A stretch of DNA of 64,000 nucleotides from a virus. The number at the start of each line of letters is the position of its first letter. Positions within the stretch are counted from its first letter, which is position 1. The translations under genes were made by a program, and so were the position numbers. Location: the IMG/VR virus record IMGVR_UViG_3300038760_000073, positions 12,846 through 76,845 of that record. One strand, given 5' to 3'. Positions 9,717 to 19,442 of the stretch are shown here, in pieces. The notes under the pieces were generated by a model. It worked only from the letters and a program-made list of their open reading frames with translations. It was not told the origin of the DNA and did not search any database.

Positions 9717-10912
9717 TAGAAACGACTCTTTCTCTCAACAACCATTACAGGTCGTGAAGATAATCTTGCATAATTATATGCATCCACTACATCTTGTGAT
9801 GTCTCCGGATCAAATATAGGGAAAGTAACCATTTCCCTAAAAGTGCTAGTAAAATCTTGTGAATGTGTAGGGCCAGAATAAAAAGGACCCCCATCAGCTA
9901 CAACCGTTCGTAATGTGATAGGTGTTTTAAATTCACCATGAGATATTCTCTCAATATAATTCATATGATTTCCAATTGCATCTGCTGCTACTAACATAAA
10001 ATCATGACGTTCATAATATACTACCGGCTTAAATCCTTCAAAGGACATTCCTATAGCTAAACCTGCCATTAAATTTTCCGCTACTGGTGTTTCAAGTTTT
10101 TGATCATCTGGCACATTTGCAAGATTACCCATAGCATTTCCATATAAAACATTATACCCGATAAAGATAGTATTTTTATCTGCACCTAGACTATCCATAC
10201 TATCATTAATAGCATCTTTATAACCACCGGTAAATTTATTTTTAGGTAATTTAATATTTTCGTCTTCCAATACAGGAAAATATTCATCATCAGTAAGTTT
10301 TGTAGCCTTAGATAAATCAATTATACCTGGAGTTCTAGCATGAGGGTACTTCGGATCATAAACATACCGCTGTACACATTTAGGGTGGCTAGGTTCTAAA
10401 GCTTTACCCCATCTATCGATAGTAGGCGTATCAACTGATCGTCTATTATCTTCAACAATAAAATTACAAGGTAAATCCCAACCATCAACATATCTTGCGG
10501 CCTCATGTAAATGCCCTGAATCTTCATTACCATCTCCTAAAAAGCACCACACCTTTTGTTTAGATTTTTTTCTTTTTAAAGCCCACGCTATACCAGCTGC
10601 AATAGCTGGTAACCCTCCAATAATAGCAGAAGTAAAGAAATTTCTTTCTCTATCAAAAATAAACATACTACGACCGTTTAATATACGATCTCTTACTGTG
10701 TTTTGGGGTATACCATGAAGTATTGCATGGTAATGATTTCTATGATTTGATAAAACATAATCACCAGGTTTTATATCTTTAAATATCTTTACTAGTTCTT
10801 CTTCATTACCCCCGGATAGATGAAAAAGAAAGGGTAATTTATTTTGAAAGTAGAGGTCTACTATACTATCTTCAAAGTTAATTAAATCTTGCTCTGTAAG
10901 TTGGTTGCTCAT
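9716..10912 (-). CDS. Thiamine-diphosphate enzyme, fused E1-alpha plus E1-beta pyrimidine-binding domain
   Basis: HLSGGNEE, HRNHYH, GDG...VEDN ThDP motif, ETPVAENLMAGLAIGMS, GPTHSQ. Confidence 0.85.
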   Translation of the reverse strand: MSNQLTEQDLINFEDSIVDLYFQNKLPFLFHLSGGNEEELVKIFKDIKPGDYVLSNHRNHYHAILHGIPQNTVRDRILNGRSMFIFDRERNFFTSAIIGGLPAIAAGIAWALKRKKSKQKVWCFLGDGNEDSGHLHEAARYVDGWDLPCNFIVEDNRRSVDTPTIDRWGKALEPSHPKCVQRYVYDPKYPHARTPGIIDLSKATKLTDDEYFPVLEDENIKLPKNKFTGGYKDAINDSMDSLGADKNTIFIGYNVLYGNAMGNLANVPDDQKLETPVAENLMAGLAIGMSFEGFKPVVYYERHDFMLVAADAIGNHMNYIERISHGEFKTPITLRTVVADGGPFYSGPTHSQDFTSTFREMVTFPIFDPETSQDVVDAYNYARLSSRPVMVVERKSRF

Positions 10913-11934
10913 AAGTCTATTAGTATTCTGCCCGCCTGGCTCTGACGGATCAAATCTAAAGCATCGTTTATATTATGTAATGAAGTTCTGTGAGTAATCA
11001 ACGGATCAATATCTATCAACCCAGCTTCTGCTAACTTAATATAGCGAGGTATATCCTCTTGCGGGCAAGTTTTGCCACCTTGTGTAGCTCTTAGTAATTT
11101 ACCCTTTCCAAAAAACATATCAACAGCATTAGGTATCTCTAGAGTTTTATTAGGTGGTAGATGACCCACCATAATATATCTACCCTTGTTAGATAATAGT
11201 GATATAGCTTCTGATATTAACTCTGCTGATCCTACTGTATCAGTAATAATATCAACATCCTGTAAGTGATTACTAAATTTACTTTCTGTTAAATTAATAA
11301 AATGAGTAGCACCTAATTTCATAGCTATATCCTTTTTATTATTATTGATATCAACAGCATAAATAGGATAACAGCAATTCATTTTAGCACCCTGTATTAA
11401 GTTTAACCCAACACCACCACAGCCTATAACCATTAAGCTCTCACCAAATTTTACATCACATTCGTTATTAACTACACCTAAACCTGTAGTTAATCCACAA
11501 CCTAAAAGAGCTCCTAGATCTTTGTTTGTATTTGAACTTACCTTTGTAAGTCTATTTTCAGATATAATAGCATATTCAGCAAACGTGGTAACTTTACCCC
11601 CTCCAATCCGAATACCTTTACATTTATATGTTGGAAAGGGGGCCTCGATACCCTCACCTACCATCCAATGAGCGACTACACTATCATCAGGCTTTAAAGT
11701 AGTTACACCAGGCCCTATCTCAACTACATTACCGGAGCCTTCATGTCCCATCATATGAGGCATAAATTTAGCATTACCCTTATGACCTTTTATTTCTAAA
11801 AGTTGAGCCCCACATATACCACTAGCATGTAATTTAATTAGAACTTGTCCTACATCTAGAGGCTTATCTATTTCAACCTCTTCAACTATAAGGGGGTTAT
11901 CTACTTTGTATGCTATTGCTGCTTTAAATTTCAT
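10909..11934 (-). CDS. Zinc-type (MDR) alcohol dehydrogenase
   Basis: GICG, GHEG, LLGCGLTTG, GCGGVG. Confidence 0.85.
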   Translation of the reverse strand: MKFKAAIAYKVDNPLIVEEVEIDKPLDVGQVLIKLHASGICGAQLLEIKGHKGNAKFMPHMMGHEGSGNVVEIGPGVTTLKPDDSVVAHWMVGEGIEAPFPTYKCKGIRIGGGKVTTFAEYAIISENRLTKVSSNTNKDLGALLGCGLTTGLGVVNNECDVKFGESLMVIGCGGVGLNLIQGAKMNCCYPIYAVDINNNKKDIAMKLGATHFINLTESKFSNHLQDVDIITDTVGSAELISEAISLLSNKGRYIMVGHLPPNKTLEIPNAVDMFFGKGKLLRATQGGKTCPQEDIPRYIKLAEAGLIDIDPLITHRTSLHNINDALDLIRQSQAGRILIDL

Positions 11935-12746
11935 TTAAATAAAAATCTATAATTATTATAGATCCAATCTTCCGGAATTCTATATTTTTCTACCAATTTA
12001 AAGTTATTGGCTACGGCTGCTTTTTTAGACTCGAATATAGCCTCACCGTTAACTTTAAGATCTTCTAATATCTCACCTAATTCTTCTTGGTTGTTAAAAT
12101 ATATAATACCATCCTCGTCGAAAAAATCACTCACAGAATCATCACCCCAAAAAATAGGTATTGTTTTGGTAGCAAAACAATCAACAATTTTCTCTGTCCA
12201 ATATCCAGGTTGTCTACAATTTTCTATAGTTACAGAATACATATACTTGGATAATGAATCTTCTTTATTTTCTACAGGGTTATAACCATATCCAAACACT
12301 TCTATATCTGTAAACTTATCAATTACTTTATGTCTTAACTGATGACCTTCAGTGAAGTTCTTTGATGATGCAATAATAGAAACTTTATTATCTTTATGCA
12401 TATCTACGTAATTATTAATCCAACATCTACCATGTGGATAATAGAGGTAGTTCTGACCTTTGCTTATAAGATTTTCATCAAAAGTTAAAACAAAATCAAA
12501 CAATCGATTATTTTTCTCTATCCATTCATAATATTGCGGGTGAATTGCTCGTGGTTCTAAAATCCATGCTACCTTCCGCTTAATACCGGAAGCTTTATGA
12601 ATATCATTCAAGCACATATCCGTAATAAAGCAAGTATCACTAACAGGGGTGTTTGTAAAATTCCACTTTACATGCTTGTTAATACCTTTATGACATGACG
12701 ACGGTTCACCACCGAAATTTTTATCTCTAATATTTATTTCTACCAC
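11931..12746 (-). CDS. GT10 (alpha-1,3-fucosyltransferase-like) glycosyltransferase
   Basis: YMYSVTIENC...YWTEKIVDCF...TIPIFWG motif. Confidence 0.8.
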   Translation of the reverse strand: MVEINIRDKNFGGEPSSCHKGINKHVKWNFTNTPVSDTCFITDMCLNDIHKASGIKRKVAWILEPRAIHPQYYEWIEKNNRLFDFVLTFDENLISKGQNYLYYPHGRCWINNYVDMHKDNKVSIIASSKNFTEGHQLRHKVIDKFTDIEVFGYGYNPVENKEDSLSKYMYSVTIENCRQPGYWTEKIVDCFATKTIPIFWGDDSVSDFFDEDGIIYFNNQEELGEILEDLKVNGEAIFESKKAAVANNFKLVEKYRIPEDWIYNNYRFLFK

Positions 12747-14344
12747 GATTCTATATATGTCTCCATCTGTTTTTTATTAAATCTCTCAACCTTCTGAACC
12801 AACTGTTCGTTATGCTTATAAAATTTATGATTGCTCTTATCGGTTAACGCTACTTTATATGAATCTTCATGAGGTAAGTGAAATAGAAAGTATTTACTAT
12901 CTGTTGAAGTGACGCTAGTAACTGTCTTACCTAATATTTTAGCTCGTGATATAATCTCATTATCTTCATATCCCCAACCTTTAAAGTTTGGATTAAACCC
13001 GTTTATATCTTTAAATGTATTACGCTTAGCAATAAGGCAACCACCAACAGCATTTACATTACCAACTGTATATAAATCAGTCGTATAAAGATTTCTAATA
13101 TTAGATACATCTACGGTTGATTGCAAATGTTCAAACAGCTTAGGTATATTACCGTTTGCAGATCCCGTACCGGTAATCTGTTTTTTAAGTTTATATTCAG
13201 CATAAATTGCTACCCCATTATACCCTATACAAATAGAATTGTCTATATTACTAATCGTCTCTATAGATCTAGATAAACTATCAATACTAACAATACAATC
13301 TATATCTAAAAAGCAAACTATATTATTAATAGCATTCTCAAGACCTATATTATAACCTATACATTTATTATAAATAGCATCACTTTTGTGAAAAATATAC
13401 TGATCGTTACCCCGTACAATATGTTCTATAGTTTTTTCCGGCCCATCTTCTACAAATACAAATTCACAATTTGGATATATTGCCTTATAGTAGTTATAAA
13501 TAATTTTAAAATTCTTTCTACGCTCTTCTGTATCTTCTCTATAATGTACAACAAACGATATAGGCTCCGTAGGCTTGCGTATCTTTAATATATTTAAAAC
13601 TTCTGTTAAATTTAAATTCGGTACCCCTACAGGACTTACACCATGCTTCTCTAGAAAGACCTTCGCAGCTTTTTGAATATTACTCTGCCAGTCCTGCCTG
13701 GGCCTAATAGATGAGCTATGTTCTGAACATGCTTGTTCGTTTACGTAATCTAAACTGTTTGGTATATCTGCCCACCACCAGTAAGGTGTACTATAACCTG
13801 CTTTAGCTAATCTGTAAGAATGCTCCACATGTTCAAAAGCATTTACTAGCTTCTCATCATATAAACCTACATTCTCTAAGCATTCTCTAGTATAAAAAGT
13901 AACTGCCCCAACACAATGTAAATTGAGAGCTACTTTAATATCACCATAGTCAATAATTTTTCTAGGTTTAGGAGGACCTCCACTAACACCACCCTTATTT
14001 GCCGGTCCATGATAACCAAACATAAAGTGATGTATACCTGTTTTTTTATGAGCTGCTATATATGCCTTAAATAGGTTATCTGTAAATACCATATCATCCT
14101 CTACAAGAATAATATACTCACACCCATTATCTAACAAGCATTTTATTGCGAGATTTTTAGCATGACCAACTCCTTTACCACCACTGTTAATAACAATATC
14201 ATCTGAGGAACGAGTTACCGGTATATTACCATCATCTACGGTTATAATTTTATCATACCACCCCGGCTTAATTGAGTTAATGCATTTATTATAAAAGGCC
14301 GGCCTATCACATGTTATAACTGCGCACCCAACCTTCTCACTCAT
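12740..14344 (-). CDS. Two-domain GT-A glycosyltransferase (GT2 plus GT7-C-like)
   Basis: VDDG, VEDD; second domain FLDID and GFNPNFKGWGYEDNE. Confidence 0.8.
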   Translation of the reverse strand: MSEKVGCAVITCDRPAFYNKCINSIKPGWYDKIITVDDGNIPVTRSSDDIVINSGGKGVGHAKNLAIKCLLDNGCEYIILVEDDMVFTDNLFKAYIAAHKKTGIHHFMFGYHGPANKGGVSGGPPKPRKIIDYGDIKVALNLHCVGAVTFYTRECLENVGLYDEKLVNAFEHVEHSYRLAKAGYSTPYWWWADIPNSLDYVNEQACSEHSSSIRPRQDWQSNIQKAAKVFLEKHGVSPVGVPNLNLTEVLNILKIRKPTEPISFVVHYREDTEERRKNFKIIYNYYKAIYPNCEFVFVEDGPEKTIEHIVRGNDQYIFHKSDAIYNKCIGYNIGLENAINNIVCFLDIDCIVSIDSLSRSIETISNIDNSICIGYNGVAIYAEYKLKKQITGTGSANGNIPKLFEHLQSTVDVSNIRNLYTTDLYTVGNVNAVGGCLIAKRNTFKDINGFNPNFKGWGYEDNEIISRAKILGKTVTSVTSTDSKYFLFHLPHEDSYKVALTDKSNHKFYKHNEQLVQKVERFNKKQMETYIESW

Positions 14345-14385
14345 TATAATATATAATGAGAGTTATGCATAATTCAACTGCATTC

Positions 14386-14577
14386 CTACTGCTTGTGCCT
14401 GTTTTCCATATTTGAATAATATTGCGGATCTTCAACGAGATGCTGCTTTGCTATAATTTTAGCAATCGATTTATATGGTGTATGTTCTAGCTCAACTTGT
14501 ATACCTTTAATTAACTCCTCAGGATCAAACTGTAGTGTATCATCTATAGGTTTAAAAAAATTCTTAAAAGCTCTCAT
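14386..14577 (-). CDS. Small late protein, DUF5661-like
   Basis: ELIKGIQVELEHT...IAKQHLVEDPQYY; TATAAATA 5 nt upstream. Confidence 0.65.
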   Translation of the reverse strand: MRAFKNFFKPIDDTLQFDPEELIKGIQVELEHTPYKSIAKIIAKQHLVEDPQYYSNMENRHKQ

Positions 14578-14619
14578 ATTTTTATTTATAAACGAAACAA
14601 ATAGACTATAAATATTGTT
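14578..14619. promoter_or_regulatory. Two divergent T4-type late promoters (TATAAATA)
   Basis: TATAAATA-N5-ATG on each strand. Confidence 0.75.
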
Positions 14620-16296
14620 ATGCCTTATATCGACGATGATAAGTTAATTTATAATATACGAGAATTGCCGGAATCGTTTTCAATAACATCAGGGGACCTA
14701 CTAGTAGTTGAAGATACAGAAGGAACAAAGACAATTGATTTTGATAATATCATAATTGGATTAGATAATACTACTTTTGGTACCACCATCACTCAAAACG
14801 CTACAGATATTGTTGCTCTCTCTGCAACTAATAATAATCTTACAACAGCTATAGCTACAAACACTGCAAATATACTATCTTTGTCCGCGAATACTGTTGT
14901 CGTAACAAATGAGACTGAGTTAATAGCGGCGGTAGCTGCCGCTGAACCCCACATAACATTCGCAGCCGTGATAACGTTAACGTCCAAGATCGTCGTCCCG
15001 GTAGGCACGACCCTGAAGATGCAAAACGGAACAGGTATTGACTTTCAGAACGCACTGGACATGATGGAGTTTAATGGTGGAATTGATGTACCTGGGGATC
15101 ACCAGGTATTCTTCAACACTCTACCATACCCCATGACCGGGATCAACATTGACGGGCCGGGCAGTCTTGTGGGTTCTTTTCATGGAACTAGACACGCAGG
15201 GTGGTGGGGACCGGCAGCTCTTGGAGGGGACCAAACTGACCAAAACGCACTGCAATGCGCCGTCGACTCCGGCTTGATTTCCCGCGGCCATCCTGGCTTC
15301 CCTGATGTGCTCTATGGAGCCACCGCGTTTGAGGTGTATGCTCCTTTAGCCACTTACTCAATGACAGACACTCTATGGTTTACAAATCGTAGATTGCGGT
15401 TTAGGGGAGACCTTTATACCCAGCTTAGGTTTAATATCCCCGCTGGATCTCAGGACGCATGCATTGATATGTCGGACACAATAGCCTGGAATAATGTGTG
15501 GGACACTCAGCTGGTAGGATTTAGAATGAGCGACGACAGCACTAGGACCGACCTTATTGGGATCAAGGGAAGCCTACTGGAAGAACGGTCTAAAATATCG
15601 GATATACATATTGCCAGTTATGGTTCTCATGGGATCTGGATGGCAAACGGCGGTGGAAATACAGGTCTGATCGAGAACTGTAATATAACAGGTCCCAAGT
15701 CCGATAAGCCAGTCGGAATTAGGATTACTGGGCTTAATGGGTCAATCACAGTTCGAAACTGCGCAGTAGTAAACCCTAATACTTACATCGCTTTTTGGCA
15801 GGACAGGAACGGCCAAGGGCCTGTTACTTTTATTAACTGCCATGAAGAGAGCGCTGACATTGGATATTTAATTGGACCGGACCCAGCAGTGCAACCAGCT
15901 TCTGTTGTTGTCACTACCGATCGGCAATCCAAGACAAGTATTATTGACTGCACGTCAAACACTAAGCATTCCGGAGAGCGTGCCGTTTGGATCACGTCAG
16001 GTACCGCAACGGTAAGGGTGTGTAACTTAAAATGCGAAAATAGCGACATAAATTCTATAATTCTTGATGACTATTGGCTTAACAATGGTGGAGCTAGCGA
16101 TGAGTTTATCCCTCTTTCTTCAAGCCCGACCGGTCTTCCCTCTCATGCTGCTATCTCGGAGTTTAGGAGATGGCCAGTTATAGCATCTAGGTCGGCATCC
16201 TCTTATCGCAGGCCAAGCGACCCTACATTTGGAGTTGCTGCAAGTTATGGCGGCTGGAGAGTCCACCACATATTGGACTTATACGGAAACTGGTAA
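14620..16296 (+). CDS. Tail fibre/spike-like protein with probable beta-helix C-terminal module
   Basis: Late promoter; N-terminal IRELPE...GDLLVVED...TKTIDF plus LSA coiled coil; pectate-lyase-like periodicity (IENC, VRNC, FINC, IIDC). Confidence 0.65.
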   Translation: MPYIDDDKLIYNIRELPESFSITSGDLLVVEDTEGTKTIDFDNIIIGLDNTTFGTTITQNATDIVALSATNNNLTTAIATNTANILSLSANTVVVTNETELIAAVAAAEPHITFAAVITLTSKIVVPVGTTLKMQNGTGIDFQNALDMMEFNGGIDVPGDHQVFFNTLPYPMTGINIDGPGSLVGSFHGTRHAGWWGPAALGGDQTDQNALQCAVDSGLISRGHPGFPDVLYGATAFEVYAPLATYSMTDTLWFTNRRLRFRGDLYTQLRFNIPAGSQDACIDMSDTIAWNNVWDTQLVGFRMSDDSTRTDLIGIKGSLLEERSKISDIHIASYGSHGIWMANGGGNTGLIENCNITGPKSDKPVGIRITGLNGSITVRNCAVVNPNTYIAFWQDRNGQGPVTFINCHEESADIGYLIGPDPAVQPASVVVTTDRQSKTSIIDCTSNTKHSGERAVWITSGTATVRVCNLKCENSDINSIILDDYWLNNGGASDEFIPLSSSPTGLPSHAAISEFRRWPVIASRSASSYRRPSDPTFGVAASYGGWRVHHILDLYGNW

Positions 16297-16402
16297 AATG
16301 GTCTTACCTAATCAGGACTAGCACAAAATATTCCTGTTCTGCATGGTACCTTTGTATTGACTAATGCATGCATCCGTAGTAACGTATTTGACACAAGTTA
16401 TA

Positions 16403-17152
16403 TCACGTATTAGGAGATGACACCGGTAAATGAAACTTCTTAAGGAGCTCTTGTTGAGCCTCTTCACCCTCTTGAGCTGCTTTTTGCTGCATTACCAATT
16501 TCTCTAGATCTGCAATATTGTCTGGGTTGAGAATAGAATCTTCATCACCATACATATCACCTTCTGGTGTTACATATTCTTGAATAATATCAATTCTTTC
16601 TTGTTGTGTATGTGGTAGCTTAATTACACATGGTGAATCCCCTTTAGGAAAGAATATATCTGCATCTAAATTTTGAGTATATTGTTGAAAGATTGATTCA
16701 AATATATTATCAACCTCAACAATGTGATTTTTATTTGTGTCTCTTTGACCATCCTCAACTGGATCCAACTTACGGTTATATTTGCAAAGAAATACTATAT
16801 CTAAAAATCTCATAGACTCCCTAACAATATTAATCTGATCAGTAATAAACCCATCATCAAACCCGTCGTTACCTCTCTCACTAGACCAAATAGTGTATGC
16901 TAATACATCTAACGGGCACCTATCATATATAATGTTATCATCTACCTTGGTTTGTAACATTTGATCAACCATAGAATCTAATATCATTTTTTGCGTGCTA
17001 GGTATAGTTTTTGAGGAGTGTTGAATATTATCTACCTTAAGTTTTTCCCTATATGTTGATTTAGGGTTAATATAATTTGTCCAAGTATGTAAAAAACTAC
17101 GAACTAGTGTAGATTTACCTGTATTTTGAGCTCCGGAAATTGCAATTCTCAT
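16403..17152 (-). CDS. P-loop nucleotide kinase-like protein (AAA_28 type)
   Basis: IAISGAQNTGKST, IYDRCPLDVLAY, EDGQR. Confidence 0.7.
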   Translation of the reverse strand: MRIAISGAQNTGKSTLVRSFLHTWTNYINPKSTYREKLKVDNIQHSSKTIPSTQKMILDSMVDQMLQTKVDDNIIYDRCPLDVLAYTIWSSERGNDGFDDGFITDQINIVRESMRFLDIVFLCKYNRKLDPVEDGQRDTNKNHIVEVDNIFESIFQQYTQNLDADIFFPKGDSPCVIKLPHTQQERIDIIQEYVTPEGDMYGDEDSILNPDNIADLEKLVMQQKAAQEGEEAQQELLKKFHLPVSSPNT

Positions 17153-17190
17153 ATTTTTAATTTGTTATATTATAATCTGGTACATTAAAT

Positions 17191-17961
17191 TTAGACACGA
17201 AGGGCTTTATCCCACAGAAGTAAATGAAGTCTAGGCGAAAAATTTACATTCATCGATTTAGCATATTCTGCTACAACCTCTGCCTTTTCAATGTGCTCAT
17301 CTCTCGAGCCGCAGCAAGGCATAAACCATACTCTATTAAGAGGTACGTTAATATTCTTACTATCATTAATAAATTTACGCCAAATTTCATCGACATCCTC
17401 TGACCATGTTATAACAAATTTAAACCCGGATCCATTATCTTTATGCCATCTTAAAACCTCAGGCTTATAAGTGCTCTCTGTAGGGTCTCCATTGGATGTG
17501 AGTTTAGGTGAGGTAGTAAAAGTGGCTTTATAATTATCAACCCATTCATTATCTGGTAAAATTGTAGCATTTGTCTCAAAATCAATTCGCGGTAAAAATT
17601 TATATCGTTCTATAAATGCTGCTGTAAACTTAAGCAATTGTTTTTGCCTTACCATAGGTTCTCCACCAGTATATTTAAAAATGGCACCCGCTTTAAGATG
17701 TTCGATATATTTATTAGTTTCTAGCAAGGTAAAGAGATCGTTAAACGTCACTTTATTTTTTTTAGACCAGGATATATAGGAATCACAGCCATATGGTGCA
17801 TCCTCCGATATAAAACCTTTACATGTTAAGTTGCAGCCAAACAGTCTAAGAAAAACAGATGGTCTACCTATAAATTCTCCTTCCCCCTCAATCGTGTAAA
17901 ATACTTCTGGGATTTTATTTTCTCCAGCTAGTAGCAAATACTCTTTATCGCAATCTATCAT
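17191..17961 (-). CDS. queE: 7-carboxy-7-deazaguanine synthase (radical SAM)
   Basis: EVFYTIEGEG...FLRLFGCNLTC...GCDS, TGGEP, ETN, SPKL, SPRLH. Confidence 0.9.
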   Translation of the reverse strand: MIDCDKEYLLLAGENKIPEVFYTIEGEGEFIGRPSVFLRLFGCNLTCKGFISEDAPYGCDSYISWSKKNKVTFNDLFTLLETNKYIEHLKAGAIFKYTGGEPMVRQKQLLKFTAAFIERYKFLPRIDFETNATILPDNEWVDNYKATFTTSPKLTSNGDPTESTYKPEVLRWHKDNGSGFKFVITWSEDVDEIWRKFINDSKNINVPLNRVWFMPCCGSRDEHIEKAEVVAEYAKSMNVNFSPRLHLLLWDKALRV

Positions 17962-17967
17962 TATAGT

Positions 17968-17995
17968 AATATAATATATCAAATTGAATTTTCAA
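17968..17995 (-). promoter_or_regulatory. Promoter TTGAAA-N16-TATATT, 6 nt before queE ATG 17961
   Basis: Read directly from the sequence. Confidence 0.6.
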
Positions 17996-18066
17996 CTATT
18001 TTTCTACTAAATTTTAATGTTAATATAATATAACTGAACGAATTTTTCGGTATAAATATTATTATA

Positions 18067-18813
18067 TTGAGTAAAAAAACAACTTCTACAAGACGGGAAG
18101 GTGTTAACTTTGATAGTAAGGTTAATGACTTTGATGTGAGTATTGACAATAATTGGATGTTTGGCTTTAAATTAAAAAATCCATTTTACTTTAACGAGAA
18201 ACATAGCCAATTTTATGAGTGTCTTAAGGATACATCGACAAAAATGGCGTTTGTTGATGGGCCGGCCGGTACCATGAAAACATATATAGCTGTTTATGCT
18301 GCGTTAGAAATGATATATGACGGTCTATTTGATAAGCTTATATATATAAGATCAATTGCAGAATCAGCTCAAAAAAGCTTAGGATCTCTACCGGGAGAAG
18401 TTGATGATAAGTTCTCACCGTATGCAATGCCATTATTAGAGAAGGTTCAAGAAATTACTAATAATAGTACGAGCAATATGCTTAGACAGAAAGGTATTAT
18501 AGACGCTATCCCGGTAAATTTTGTACGTGGATTAACATTTAATAAATCTATTGTCATTGTTGATGAGGCTCAAAATCTTACTATAGGTGAATTAACAACA
18601 ATTCTTACAAGATTTGGTCGAAATAGTAAATATATTATCGCTGGAGACTGTCAACAAGCTGATATCGGTAATAAATCCGGATTTAATACTATCTTTAATA
18701 AATTTAATAAAGCTGAAAGTGTTGAAAAGGATATACACTCTTTCAAATTTGGTAATTCGGAAATTATGAGAAGTAAAATTCTAAAGTATATATGTGCCAC
18801 ATTAGGTGCATAA
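18067..18813 (+). CDS. phoH: PhoH-family ATPase
   Basis: GPAGTMKT, LGSLPG...K..PY, RGLTF, VDEAQN, LTRFG, GD.QQAD. Confidence 0.92.
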   Translation: MSKKTTSTRREGVNFDSKVNDFDVSIDNNWMFGFKLKNPFYFNEKHSQFYECLKDTSTKMAFVDGPAGTMKTYIAVYAALEMIYDGLFDKLIYIRSIAESAQKSLGSLPGEVDDKFSPYAMPLLEKVQEITNNSTSNMLRQKGIIDAIPVNFVRGLTFNKSIVIVDEAQNLTIGELTTILTRFGRNSKYIIAGDCQQADIGNKSGFNTIFNKFNKAESVEKDIHSFKFGNSEIMRSKILKYICATLGA

Positions 18814-18835
18814 GGCTTTTAATATAAATAACTCT

Positions 18836-18976
18836 ATACAATCCCTACCAGATAATCTTAGGGTGGGTGGTGATCTATATTTAAGGGAAACACCTATATC
18901 TAAAATATATTCAGCAGATGAGATAAAAGATATGGTTGAGTATGTAGGCGGTAGAGTTATCACCAACTATAATTGA
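18836..18976 (+). pseudogene. Single-repeat remnant or mini-gene of an LRR-like repeat protein
   Basis: IQSLPDNLRVGGDLYLRETPISKIYSADEIKDM...*; no ATG at the start, ATA lies 5 nt after TATAAATA. Confidence 0.55.
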
Positions 18977-18988
18977 CAACCATAAATA

Positions 18989-19432
18989 TTAGTTAGCGGC
19001 ACGATATTTTGCCTTATCAATTTTTTGCTTGAGACCTTCCTCAACATCAATTAATTGTTGAGCGGATATTTGAGCTGGAACGCGTTGAGGTTGTTGTATT
19101 ACCGGGTTAATCGGAGATGGTGCCTCGGTATCGGTATTATTTGCATTAAAACGATTTTCAAATATTGCCCCGTTTGTCTCTTCCGGTATATTTACCACCG
19201 GCAACGTTGCCGGTTCATTAAAATCCATATCAATTCTAACAACATCCGATTTAACAATAGCTAATTGCTTTATCATCTCATCGATCTTTGCATCTTGCAA
19301 TCTTAAGACAGAATTTATGTCATCAACTTTACTAGACTTTTGCCACATAACTGTAAAAAACCCCATTATAGGGGTAGCTAATATAATACCTAGTAACGTT
19401 GTAATTACGTTATTAATGTTAATTCTTTGCAT
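18989..19432 (-). CDS. Late membrane-anchored coiled-coil protein
   Basis: N-terminal hydrophobic helix, heptads, TAAATA upstream. Confidence 0.6.
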   Translation of the reverse strand: MQRININNVITTLLGIILATPIMGFFTVMWQKSSKVDDINSVLRLQDAKIDEMIKQLAIVKSDVVRIDMDFNEPATLPVVNIPEETNGAIFENRFNANNTDTEAPSPINPVIQQPQRVPAQISAQQLIDVEEGLKQKIDKAKYRAAN

Positions 19433-19442
19433 ATATGCATAT

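Noticed and set aside
9716-10912. Pyruvate dehydrogenase auxiliary metabolic gene
   Set aside because: No E2/E3, truncated beta part, and embedded in a glycan operon.
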